Program-made: the position numbers and the translations under genes
Assembly: GCF_032191835.1 (NCBI RefSeq)
Contig: NC_083227.1
Location: 17,484,001-17,548,000, forward strand
Source: Heteronotia binoei
Taxonomy: Eukaryota
DNA length: 64,000 nt
Direction of reading: 5' to 3'
The notes under the pieces: generated by a model
Told to the model about the DNA's origin: nothing
Database searches by the model: none
The model's input: the letters and a program-made list of their open reading frames with translations, nothing else
Shown here: one piece after another, positions 1 to 10,429 of the stretch
How positions within the stretch are numbered: position 1 is the stretch's first letter
Layout: the number at the start of each line of letters is the position of its first letter

Positions 1-270
1 CAGCTGAACGGCACTCCCACCACTCAGCTGTTAGGAAACTGCTGCTTTCTGCTCCCAGTGAAAAGCTGTGGAGAGCAGAAAGCTGGGGTTTAAGTTCTGA
101 ATGGCTCATGAACTGATACAAGTTAGTGAACCATCCTCTTTGTTCATACAAGTTCATGTTTCAGCGACAAACCAGGGACCTAACTGCAAAAATGCAGCTC
201 ATGCCCATCCCTAAATAGGTCTGTCCTGTAATGAAATGGTTCAGAAAGTTGCATTGGTACAGGAATAAGT

Positions 271-570
271 AAAGGTAAAGGTAGTCCACTGTGCAAGCAC
301 CAGTCGTTTTAGACTCTGGGGTGACATTGCTTTCACGTTTTCACGGCAGACTTTTTACGGGGTGGTTTGCCATTGCCTTCCTCAGTCATCTACACTTCCC
401 CCCCCCCCAGCAAGCTGGGTACTCATTTTACCGACCTCAGACGGATGGAAGGCTGAGTCAACCTGGAGCCAGCTACCTGAACCCAGCTTCCGCCAGGATT
501 GAACTCAGGTCGTGAGCAGAGGGCTCCAACTGCAGTACTGCAACTTTACCACTCTGCGCCACGGGACTCT
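271..570 (-). mobile_element. Sauria SINE with target-site duplication
   Basis: Reverse-complemented (ACCTTT)n-type tail (aaaggtaaagg) at 271, body homologous to copies at 35123, 36903 and 49029, flanked by direct repeat tacaggaataagt at 258 and 571. Confidence 0.85.
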
Positions 571-1056
571 TACAGGAATAAGTACAGAGGCCTATACTAC
601 TGTACTGCTGCCTAACACTGTAAGTACGCTATAGACGAGGTAATTTCTCTACCATTTAATGCATCACGTTGAAACGCTTATGGTTTGTTTCAGCTCTGTA
701 TTAGATCTCTGTCTGTTTTCAGATTTCTGAAGTCCAAACTCTATTGCACCGTACATTGGATGTCCCATCCTGTTGATCATACTTGACTGATGCTATGTAA
801 TCTGCCTTGAATCTCAGGGAGAAAGGAAGACTATAAATAACCTGAATGAATGAAATGAATCAAGGTGATTTTTGTAGACCTCTGATTCTATAGTGTCCTA
901 AGAAATAATTGGGTGGGTGGGTATCCTGTGAACTGCAACTGCAGATCACCTGAAACTGATCAATATGTTTAGGACTCCCCTATAATTGAACCACACTTTC
1001 CCCACCATCTAAGATTTCAGAAAGTTTCACACCACAGTCCTATACACCAAGCACCC

Positions 1057-2338
1057 TTACAGTTTAACTCCTATGTGGATTCCCTGGTGTTTACGGAAAC
1101 CAGAAAAACTACAAAAACTCTTTTCACACTCAGAGCATTCGTATGGCTTCTCTCCTGTGTGGGTTCTCTGGTGCCCAATGAGGGATGCCTTCTGGCTAAA
1201 ACCTTTATTACAGTCTGTGCATTTGTGCAGCTTCTCTCCCGTGCAGATCATCTCATGTCTTAGAAGGTCTGAGGGCTGAGAAAACCATTTCCCATACTGT
1301 GAGCACTGGTATGGCTTCTCTCCTGTGTGTAGCTTCTTATGGCGGACTAGATTTGGAGCATAACCAAACCTGCATTTCCTGCATTTCAACCACTCGTATG
1401 GTTTCTCTCCTGTGTGGGCTCTCTTGTGTGTAATAAGTGACTGTTTATCACAGAAGCTTTTACCACAGTCTGAACACTGGTGTGGTCTCTCCCCTGTGTG
1501 GGTTCTCTCATGAATGAGAAGGGACCCTTTTCAACTGAAGTTTTTCCCACATTCTGAGCATGCGTACAGTTCCTCCCCTATGTGGGTTCTTATGTGCATA
1601 ATGAGGAATTTCTTATCACATAAGTGTTTGCCACAATCTGAGCACAGATATGGTTTTTCCCGCGTGCAGTTTTTTGTGCCTCGCCAGGTTTGGGGTGTAG
1701 CCAAACCGTTTCCCACACTCAGAACATCCAAATGGTTTCTCTCCTTTGTGGGCTCTCTGGTGTGTGCTGAGGGAATTTTTGTCACAGAACCCTTTGCCAC
1801 AGTCTGCACATGTGTGTGATTTCTCTCCAGTGTGGGATCGCTTGTGTCTCTAAAGAACAGAGCGCTGTGAGAAGCTTTTCCCACATTGGAGGCAACTGTA
1901 CGGTTTCTGGCTTGTGTATATCATCTGATGCTTTCCAAGGCATGAGGAGTCACTGAAGTTTTTTCCACACTCAGAGCAACTATACAATCTGTTTCCCGCA
2001 CTGACCTTTTCACAATTGACAATATGTATTCTTTGGCTGAGTCTCTGCTCGCAATCTGAGTAGCTGTGCAATTTTTGTTCCATGTGGGTTGTCAGGTGCA
2101 TAACGTGAGATGTGTTAGAAAAGTTTTCCCCATAATGTGTGCACATGGGCAGCTTCTCTTTGCTTGGTGTTTCCTGAATTTTCAGGACAGAGTTCAGATG
2201 GTGGTCAGCTACTACAAGCTGTGTCTGACTGTTTCGTATCCCCTCTTGGAAGACATTTTTACAGAAACCTCTCTCACCATTCCTGCAAAGAAAGTTCTTT
2301 TTTTGTCATCTTCCTCACACTGCTATCTTGGTGACTTT
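1057..2338 (-). pseudogene. Gene A: degenerate C2H2 zinc-finger exon
   Basis: TGEKPY linkers and CxxC...HxxxH units split across three frames (ORFs 1850-2146, 1531-1884, 1057-1389) with many lost Cys/His; acceptor-like cag at 2341-2339. Confidence 0.85.
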
Positions 2339-2422
2339 CTGACATGTTCTGAATTCCAGACTTTTTGGCGTATTGGAAAAAAGTCCCTTTGGGTCTTCCC
2401 AGGAACATTTTACTGACCTCAC

Positions 2423-2476
2423 CTTGCTCAGGTTGTACCAGCTGAAAGGTCCCCTTCCATAAATGTTCATCAGCTC
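2423..2476 (-). pseudogene. Gene A: small internal exon
   Basis: Acceptor tttctgtgccag and donor gtgagg bracket 54 nt (ADEHLWKGTFQLVQPEQ) just upstream of the ZF exon. Confidence 0.45.
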
Positions 2477-2526
2477 CTGGCACAGAAAAAACATATGAGT
2501 CATACAAAACAGAACCTTTAAGGAGT

Positions 2527-2730
2527 TCAGGCTGTAGCTCAGTGGTAGGTTATCAGCTTGACATGCAGAAGGTTCCACGTTAAATCCCTGGCATCTCCAG
2601 TTAACAGGATCAGATAGGAGACATGAATGACCTCTAAGACAATGGAGAGCCACTGCCGCTGTGAGTAGACAAGACTGACTCTGAGAGGGCAGGAGGTCTG
2701 ATTTCAGTGTAAGGCAGCTTCATGTGTAAC
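2527..2730 (+). mobile_element. tRNA-derived SINE, diverged
   Basis: A-box/B-box-like head gctgtagctcagtggtag...ggttccacgttaaatccc; body resembles copies at 14221 and 28647. Confidence 0.7.
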
Positions 2731-3104
2731 CAATAAAGTGAAGTGGATCATTTTTTTAAAAAAAAATCTTTTTTTTTAAAGACTATCATTACGATTCTGC
2801 CTCATGTCAAGTCAAGTGGGGAGGGGATTTCCTATTGCTAGTGATAATTTCATTTGAGATGCCAAGGACTGAACCTGGAATGTCTGCCCGCAAAGGAGGT
2901 ACTCAACCCTCTGAACCAGGGTCTCTTTCCTACTGAGCTCCTTAAAAGCATTGTAATTCCATTGAAAATAATTATAAACTGATTTTTAAAGACTAATCCT
3001 CTCAGCTGCTTACAGTATTAAAATATCAATGGGACTACATAACATCCATAAAAACATTCCATAGAATCCATAACAATGGTTGATGTTTAACTGATCCCTA
3101 TCAT

Positions 3105-4200
3105 AAGAACATATGAAGCTGCCTTCTACTGAATCAGACCATCGGTCCATCAAAGTCAGTACTGTCTACTCAGACTGGCAGTGGCTCTCCAGGGACTCAA
3201 GCTGAGGTTTTTCACGCCTACTTGCCTGGACCCTTTTCGTGTTTCAAACAATTTTATTAGTAACATATAGTAATAAATTTCAATTTCTTACATCATTACT
3301 TTTTTTTTTATCTATCCCATATATTACTTTCTACCCACCCCTCCCCCCATTACTTGACCCCTGCCGGTGTTATATACTTAAAATCTTAATATTAAAGGTA
3401 CCCTTAATTAATAAGAACCAAAATTAATATCCTCTTCCCTCTTGTACTTAGTCATTATCAAAAATTGTCCAATGTCCTTTTATTTTCCACTCTTTTTCTA
3501 CGTATCTTCTGAACTTTTTCCACTCCATCTTAATACTTCTAAATCATAGTCTCTTAAGGTTCTTGTTAACTTGTCCATTTCACTCCATGTCATAACTTTT
3601 ACAATCCAATCCCATTTCTCTGATATTTTTTCTTGCTTCCACAACTGTGCATACAATGTCCTAGCAGCTGAGAGCAAGTACCAAATTAAAACTCTATCTT
3701 CTTTTGGAATTTTTTCCATTTGTAATCCCAACAGAAAAGTCTCTGCAACTTTGTAAATTCGTATCCCAAGATCTTAGAAATCTCTTGTTGAATCATCTGC
3801 CAATACTTTTTCGCTCGTTCACAAGTCCACCACATATGGTAGAAAGAACCTTCATGTTTTTTACATTTCCAACATCTATCTGGCATCTTATTGTTCATCT
3901 TTGCCAACTTTTTAGGAGTCATATACCATCTGTACATCATCTTAAAACAATTTTCTTTAATACTCTGACATGTTGAGAGTTTCATAGAGTTCTTCCACAA
4001 ATATTCCCATGTGCCCATCTGTATTTCTTTATTTACATTAATTGCCCACTTAATCATTTGAGATTTCACTACTTCATCTTCCGTAGACCATTTTAAAAGT
4101 AACTTATCGCCTGGACCCTTTTCAGTTGGAGATGCCGGGGATTGAATCTGGGACCCTTCTGCTTACCAAGGAGATGCTCTACCACTGAGCCACCATCCCT
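3105..4200 (-). mobile_element. tRNA-derived SINE split by an L1 insertion (halves ~3105-3238 and 4109-4200)
   Basis: Both halves are the reverse complement of the SINE at 14221 and join across the duplicated gcctggacccttttc. Confidence 0.85.
3239..4108 (-). mobile_element. 5'-truncated L1-clade LINE (ORF2 C-terminus plus 3' UTR)
   Basis: ORFs 3686-4069 and 3498-3731 give KMMYRWYMTP..RCWKC...HMWWTC (L1 C-terminal CCHC region); 15-bp TSD at 3224-3238 and 4109-4123. Confidence 0.85.
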
Positions 4201-4214
4201 CAAGTCAGACAGGG

Positions 4215-4370
4215 AAAAGAGTTTAAGTCCAGTGGCACCTTCAAGACCAACAAAGTTTTATTTATGTATCTGAAGAAGGGTGTGTGCACACATTATATCC
4301 AGAATTAAATATTGCTGGTCTTAAAAATGCCACAGGACTCCAACTTTGCTCTGCTGCTTCAGACCAATGT
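4215..4370 (+). repeat. Short non-autonomous repeat with partial hammerhead-like core (Penelope-derived type)
   Basis: tctgaagaagggtgtgtgcacac at ~4269; related copy in reverse orientation at ~37735-37870. Confidence 0.5.
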
Positions 4371-4738
4371 GGCTGCCCACCTGAAAGTTTTATTCAGGCA
4401 GGGATCAGAGAGTCAATGGGGTGTAGCAGAGAGTCAATGGGGTGTAGCAGTGTTGAACTAGTATCTGGGAGATCCAGTTTTGAATCTATACCATGGAAGA
4501 TTGCTTTGTGACCTGGGGTCAGTTGCACGAGGTGGACAGACAAGGAGGAGTTCCTCAGACTGGGAAGCCAGGAAGGTCTCATATATATTAGTCAGCCACC
4601 TTGCCTCTCAAGATGGGGGTCCCAAACCAGGGCCCTTAATATAAATCTTAACAGTCATGTATGGGCCCACGTGGTTTTTTAATTATTGTTATTGTTGTTA
4701 TTTTCTATCCCGCCCTCTCCGCAAGTCCTCACTCTTAC

Positions 4739-4853
4739 CCATAATGCTCTCCATCTCACCCTCTGGCTTGGTATCCATGGAGAACTGTGTCTTCATGACA
4801 TCAAACAGATCCTCCTCAGATTTAGGGGAATAAACAATCACTTCTTCCACAGG
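4739..4853 (-). pseudogene. Gene A: highly degenerate KRAB-A-like exon
   Basis: Minus strand reads EPVEEVIVYSPKSEEDLFD..., reminiscent of (V)TFEEVAVYF; good donor gtaagag at 4738; the ancestral acceptor appears mutated. Confidence 0.4.
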
Positions 4854-5120
4854 CTCCAGTATTTGAAATACAAAGGAAAACTAGTCCTCAGATGCAGTCA
4901 GGACTGGATGGCTTGCTCCATTCTCCAAAGGCAGGGCCTGTAATGATAATATTTACAAACCATTTCTGAACATTCAAAACATGTAATATTTGTTGGAGTG
5001 ACTGATGCAGCATGTGTGGACATTGCGGGGGGCGCACTACATCATTCTAAGTGTACGTAGGTGTTATCTCATTGAATAGGATGCCTTTCTTGGTCTTAAC
5101 CTGGTAGCTACCCTCTGACC

Positions 5121-5300
5121 AGTGTTCCCTTTAAATTGAATTAATGTGAGCTACCTCATAGTTTGTTAGTCTCCTGCTCACACATTTTGTCTTAGCTCAG
5201 GAAAAATGGCCCCAGACAGAGCACACTAATTTATGCCATAGCTCACAACTTGAATGCCAATAGAAGTTTTGCTCATAAGACTCCACAGCTTAGAGGGGGT
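5121..5300. mobile_element. hAT-type MITE (cagtgttccctctaagctg TIR family), diverged
   Basis: Homologous to copies at 7142-7335 and 40214-40407. Confidence 0.7.
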
Positions 5301-6289
5301 ATTGCCTCTGACCCCTCCTCTCTTTTCTCTTGCTTCACTTTCGAAGCTGAAATTAATTCAAAAGCATACATATTCCCTTGGATCCCCACCCCACCCTTTT
5401 CCAGCCTCTCGAGGGCACTCCTCCACTCACATTGAGGTCCTGCCTCCCATTGGTCATTTCTGCATGCGGGGGTGGGGTGGGGTGCAGCAGTACAAAACAT
5501 GCCTGGCAAATCCGATTTTCCCCTTACTTTTAAGCAAGCATTTGTGTGTTATAATCCAGATTTTTAAAAAGAACCCTCCTGGTGGAAGAAGTGCACTTTG
5601 TTTTGTTTTGGTTTTTTTGCTAAGCACTTTGGAAAAATAAATGTGTCAGTGCTTAGTGGGGTAGGGAAGGCGTAGAAGAAAAAGACCTGAAGTTGAAGAA
5701 AAAGATCTGGAAATGGTAGAAAGAGAAGAGGGGGAAAAGACAGTTTTGCAAACATAAAACCAGCCCCTCCTCCTGTGTGGGTGGGCAGGGGGGCATGAGA
5801 AAGAAAGGATGAGAAAACCTGAACTGTGTGTTTCTATGTGTGGTATGAAACTGACCAGGAGAGAGTGGGGAGAGGGGCCTTTCAGAAAGAAGGAAGAGAG
5901 GGTGCCAGTGGGTGGGTGTGGTTGGCTGCAATGACAGGGGAAGGGGAAAGATGCAGAGGTGAGTGGGGGGAGTGAAAAGGGATGGCGCTGGAGAAAAATG
6001 CAGCTTTGAGGTGAATTTTTGAAGGCATTAGAGGGACTGGAAAATGCAGTGAAGCTGGTTTGCAAAGAAAGGGGCATTGGGAAAGAAGAGGCATGGGTGG
6101 TTGGCAAAGGCTGGTCCAAAGTTAGCAAGCACAGGAAAGCTCAGGAGCAGCCTCCACCATCGGGGAAAGAAAGGAACTGGAGGTGGGTGGGAGTCTAATG
6201 GGAACCCACATGGAGAAAGGATGCCTGGGTTACTCCCTCTCACTGGGTCTCTCGAAAGCTAATTCCCTCAACTAAATAGGAGACCACCC

Positions 6290-6632
6290 CCTTTGGGTAA
6301 CACAGCATGTAACACGGCCCCACTACTCTGGAACCAACTCCCGGAGGAGGTACGGGCCCTGCGATGTGTAAATCAATTTCGCAGGGCCTGTAAGACATAC
6401 CTCTTCAAAATAGCCTTCGCCCATACCGAACTAAGATAATGTCGCTGTGTATGTTTCTTCTCCTCTACTGAACTATTTAGCACCTCAATGTTAATTTTAT
6501 TGTAATTGTATATCAATTTTATTGTTTTATGATTTTACTATATTATATTGCATTCCTATGTTGTGAGCCGCCCTGAGCCTGCTTGTGCGGGGAGGGCGGG
6601 ATACAAATAAAAAGTTATTATTATTATTATTA
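6290..6632 (+). mobile_element. L2-type LINE 3' end
   Basis: Ends in gtgagccgccctgagcc...aataaa followed by a (TTA)n tail. Confidence 0.65.
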
Positions 6633-6876
6633 TACACATTGATGGGCTGACAGTGTAGGCTTTTGGCTAGTCACTGCTTTGGGTAGAGGAACCTTTATAG
6701 CAATAACACAGGTATTTTCTTCCAAGCTCCCAAAAGGCTGGCCCAAGCTCTTTTCTCCCCTGCCCCATTCCTTTCTGAAGAGGCCCTGAGCTACGGCTCA
6801 GTGGAAGAGACTCTGCTTTGCATGCAGAAGGTCCCAGGCTCAGTTCCTGTCATCTTCAGTTAAAAGGATCAGTACA

Positions 6877-7140
6877 GCCGATTTTGCACTCACCTTACAC
6901 CGCTCTCGCGTCTGTCTTCTCAGCGCAGCGTCCTCCTGATTTCCCACTATTTGCATTGGGGCTGCAGCAAACATTGTGGTTTTCGTGCAGCAAATGGAAA
7001 CTGGTTTTTAGCAGTTTCTATTTGCTGTGCAAAAACTGCGATGTTTGCTGCAGTCCCAGTGCAAATAGTGGAAAATCGAGAGGACGCCGCACTGAGAAGA
7101 CGGACATGAAAGCGGCATAAGGGTGAGTGCAAAATCGGTC
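6877..7140. repeat. Fold-back (palindromic) MITE
   Basis: Left arm ccgattttgcactcaccttacaccgc pairs with right arm gcggcataagggtgagtgcaaaatcgg, with complementarity continuing to the centre. Confidence 0.8.
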
Positions 7141-7141
7141 T

Positions 7142-7335
7142 AAGTGTTCCCTCTAAGCTGCAGAGTCTTGTGAGCAAAAATTCTACTTTGTGAGCAGCTG
7201 GCATTAAAGTTGTGAACTACTGCACAAATTAGTGTGTTCTGGGGTCATCCTTCCTGAGCTAAGACAACAATGTGTGAGCTGGAGGCTAAAAACCTGTGAG
7301 CTAGCTCACTCTAACTCAGCTTAGGGGGAACACTG
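7142..7335. mobile_element. hAT-type MITE
   Basis: TIRs agtgttccctctaagctg / cagcttagggggaacactg. Confidence 0.8.
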
Positions 7336-7803
7336 GCCTAGGAGCAAAAAAAATGACCATTTCTACCACAGAGCTTTTGCCTAAATACAGTGTTGCTTAG
7401 ATGGCGCTAGCATGATGGCATCACTTCCTGTGCAATTCCAGCGATATGGCCTGAGTCTTCTTTTTTCTCCTGGTAAGTCCCCCTCACCCTCCACCAGTTG
7501 CCAGGACACACCTGGCAACACAAGTGTTTAATACTTCCAGGTAGCACCTGAAAATCTCCCGCTATTACAAGATCAATTCTGCTGGAGAAAACGGGTGCTT
7601 TGGAGGGTGGACTCTATGCATTATGACCTGCTGAGATTGATCCTCTCCCTAAAACGTGCCCCCTCCAGACTCCACCCCCCAAAATCTCCAGGCATATCCT
7701 AACCCAGAGCAGGCAATCCTAATCAAGCAAACCTCACTTTCCTACATTTGTAACATGTTGGCCATCCTTTCCCCTCAAGACACTCAGAACCAAATTCTCC
7801 CAC

Positions 7804-8530
7804 CTCCCCTTCCTGTTTTTCATCCTCTTCCTGCCTTAGCAAGAACCCCTCAACCACAGCCACCGCCTGGATGCAGGTCTCTGGATTACGTTCCGTGACC
7901 CAACTCTGCATTTCCTGTGGCAAAATTACCATAAACTGCTCCAGGATCAGGAGCTCTAGAATCCTCTCCTTGGTGTGCTGCTCAGGCTTCAACCACTGAC
8001 GGCAAAGCTCCCAGAACTGCCCATAGACCTCTTGGGGACCCTCCATCTCTTGGTAGCGGAACTGCCTGAACCGCTGGCATTGTGTCTTCAGGTTGCCCTC
8101 TTTATCCTCCAGAATTTCTCCCTTCACTTTCACAGAAGAAATGAGGCCTTCTTGGGCTTCTTTAGGGAGGCCTCGTAAAATCTGGGCTGCAGATGCTCTT
8201 TTAGACTGTCGTCTGGCACAAGTTACTCCCTTGAAAGATACCAGGAGATTCTGAGTGACCTGCTCTGACCAGGCCTGAGGTGACTGGTGGACGTCTTGTT
8301 CCAAGCGTGGAGGCTGCATAGTCTTCAGGAAGTCCTGCCACTGGGATTCTCACTGTTGTAGTCCCTCATCTGGGTCTTGCTTGATGGGCTGTGAGGCAGC
8401 TCTAGGCAAAGGTTCCTCGATGGTTCCCACCTGGACAACGTGAGGGTCTCTTCCTTCTATTTTCAGTGACTTCTTTAATTTGGGTCCTGAAGAGTCCTAA
8501 GTCCTCCATTTTTATTCCTAGTATCAGCTT
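7804..8530 (-). pseudogene. Gene A: SCAN-domain exon, disrupted
   Basis: [47 protein letters not shown] is a SCAN domain; the presumed ATG at 8509 is out of frame (190 nt from 8319) and an in-frame TGA lies at 8352-8350; donor gtggga at 7803, acceptor at 8531. Confidence 0.85.
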
Positions 8531-9229
8531 CTGAAAAGAAATTTCAGAAAAGAAATTTAAAAGAGAAACAAGAGAAATATAAGCTCTTTTAAGACACTGG
8601 GGTTATTTGTTGTAAATTCAGAGGCTGTGGCTACTAAGGCCTGCTAGGGCCTTGATTATTGTGAAATAAGGGTGCCAGGTCACTGGTAGCGGATTGGAAG
8701 GAAGGGCAGATAGAGTTGCCAGATTCTAGTTGAGAAGTCTGAGGAGAACTGGGATCTTACAGTACCATAGAATGTAAAGAACCAAGAGGTTAAGCTACTA
8801 TAAAATAAAATGCAATGCAAATATTAATTACACAGTGTACAGAAATGTCCTACATAGGATACCCAAATCATAATACACAGCAACAAGGTGAAATTGTATG
8901 TCCAATAACAAAAAAAATCAAAGTAATGGTTACTCATGTATATTAACCAAAGGACCCAGTGTGTTTTGGCTCAAAGGGCTTCAGTGGTCAAAACTACTAA
9001 AATATATGTAGAACGACAACAATGGCAATATAAAATATCCTTTTAAAGCTCAGCAGTTTGTGTATGAGTCCTGAAATTAATAAAAGATACGGACGTTAGA
9101 AAATTATAACATACTAACTTATCACAATTTTTTTTTTAAAAACCCATTAATACAGAATGGTAGCTACTTAAAACACACAAAAAGTGAAGCTCCCAGCAAT
9201 GGTCTTCCTGATCTGGGGCCAGGAGACGC

Positions 9230-9600
9230 CCTGCTCAGATCAGCTGCAGGACTGAAAGCAAGAAGCTTCACGGGGAGAGTCTACTTGAAATCCCAGGCGA
9301 TCCACCCATATCCTGCCGGCTCGTTCTCCAATTTTCCGTCTTCCCCCGCCCCATAAATCCCTCTTTGCTCACCTCCTCCTCCGGCCCAAACAGCCTGCCA
9401 GGTCGTGGTTGTTTCTCTTGCAATCTGCAATCCGAATGACTGGCCAAAGGAGGCTACTCTACCCCCCACCCCCGGCCCCCTCCCACGACATAGGGAGGAA
9501 CAGGAAAAAGCAGGCGGAGCAATCCAAATGTCCCCGACCTCTCTAGGAGGCAGATCTTTGCGAGCTTAACACAGGAAAGCAGCAAGGTGAATTTTTCCCT
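9230..9600. promoter_or_regulatory. Candidate bidirectional promoter/first exons for head-to-head genes A and B
   Basis: GC/CpG-enriched patch between divergent genes; donor-like gag|gtgagc on minus (~9372) and aag|gtgaat on plus (~9586). Confidence 0.35.
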
Positions 9601-10175
9601 TTGTGCAGAGAACCGGGGAGGGAGGTGGGGTGCTTTTTGCATGGGGTTGCATCTGAAGCCGCAGCCTGCTCTTTGGTGGAGCAGGGAGGGGGAATTGCGC
9701 AAGGGAGCCGCAAAGCAGGGATGGAAAGGGTGGCGAGGCTTGAAGGGGTGGCTCAGGCACGGTTGCCAGCCTCTCCATGGGGCCTGCAGCGCTCACAGAA
9801 TTCCCTGGCAACTGAAATGGCTACTTGCCAGGGTGGACTCCATGACTGTAGACCCCGCGGAGGTCCCACCCCACGCCGCTCCATTCCCGAAAATCATCAG
9901 GTGTTTCCCACCCAGGAGTTGGCAACTGCCGGCGGCTGGCCAGAGATGCTCTGCAAACCAGAGGCGATGGGGGGTCGGGTTATCAGGTGCCCCCTGGTGG
10001 TGGTGGGAGGTTTGGCAGGTCCAGGTTGCCAAACTCCTAGAAATTAGGGGATGGACTACTGGAAAGGGGAAAAAAGAGGGTGGGGGACTTTACCCAAGAG
10101 AATTAAGCCAAAAACCAAAAAAATTAACTGCAAACCAGTGTAGGACCAGTAATTAAAAAAACTGTATGTAAAACC

Positions 10176-10298
10176 CAGGCCTTTTTTTAAAAAGAAGAAG
10201 AAGCCCAGCAGGAACTCATTTGCATATTAGGCCACGCTCCCTGACACCAAGCCAGCTGGAACTTCGTTCCTGTGCATTCTTGCTCAAAAAAAGCCCTG
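10176..10298. mobile_element. hAT-type MITE
   Basis: TIRs caggccttttttt / aaaaaaagccctg with 8-bp TSD gtaaaacc/gtaaaact. Confidence 0.8.
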
Positions 10299-10429
10299 GT
10301 AAAACTTAAATATTATCAGAAATACATTATTTATTCTCAGATGGTTATAAACATTTATGGGCCCAACTTTGACTTCATTGCAGGAAAGAAATACAATGTT
10401 ACAAAGGGAACTTTTGCAACCCAACACGT

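Noticed and set aside
5640-6260. Purine-rich stretch with several ORFs
   Set aside because: Low complexity; no splice or domain evidence.
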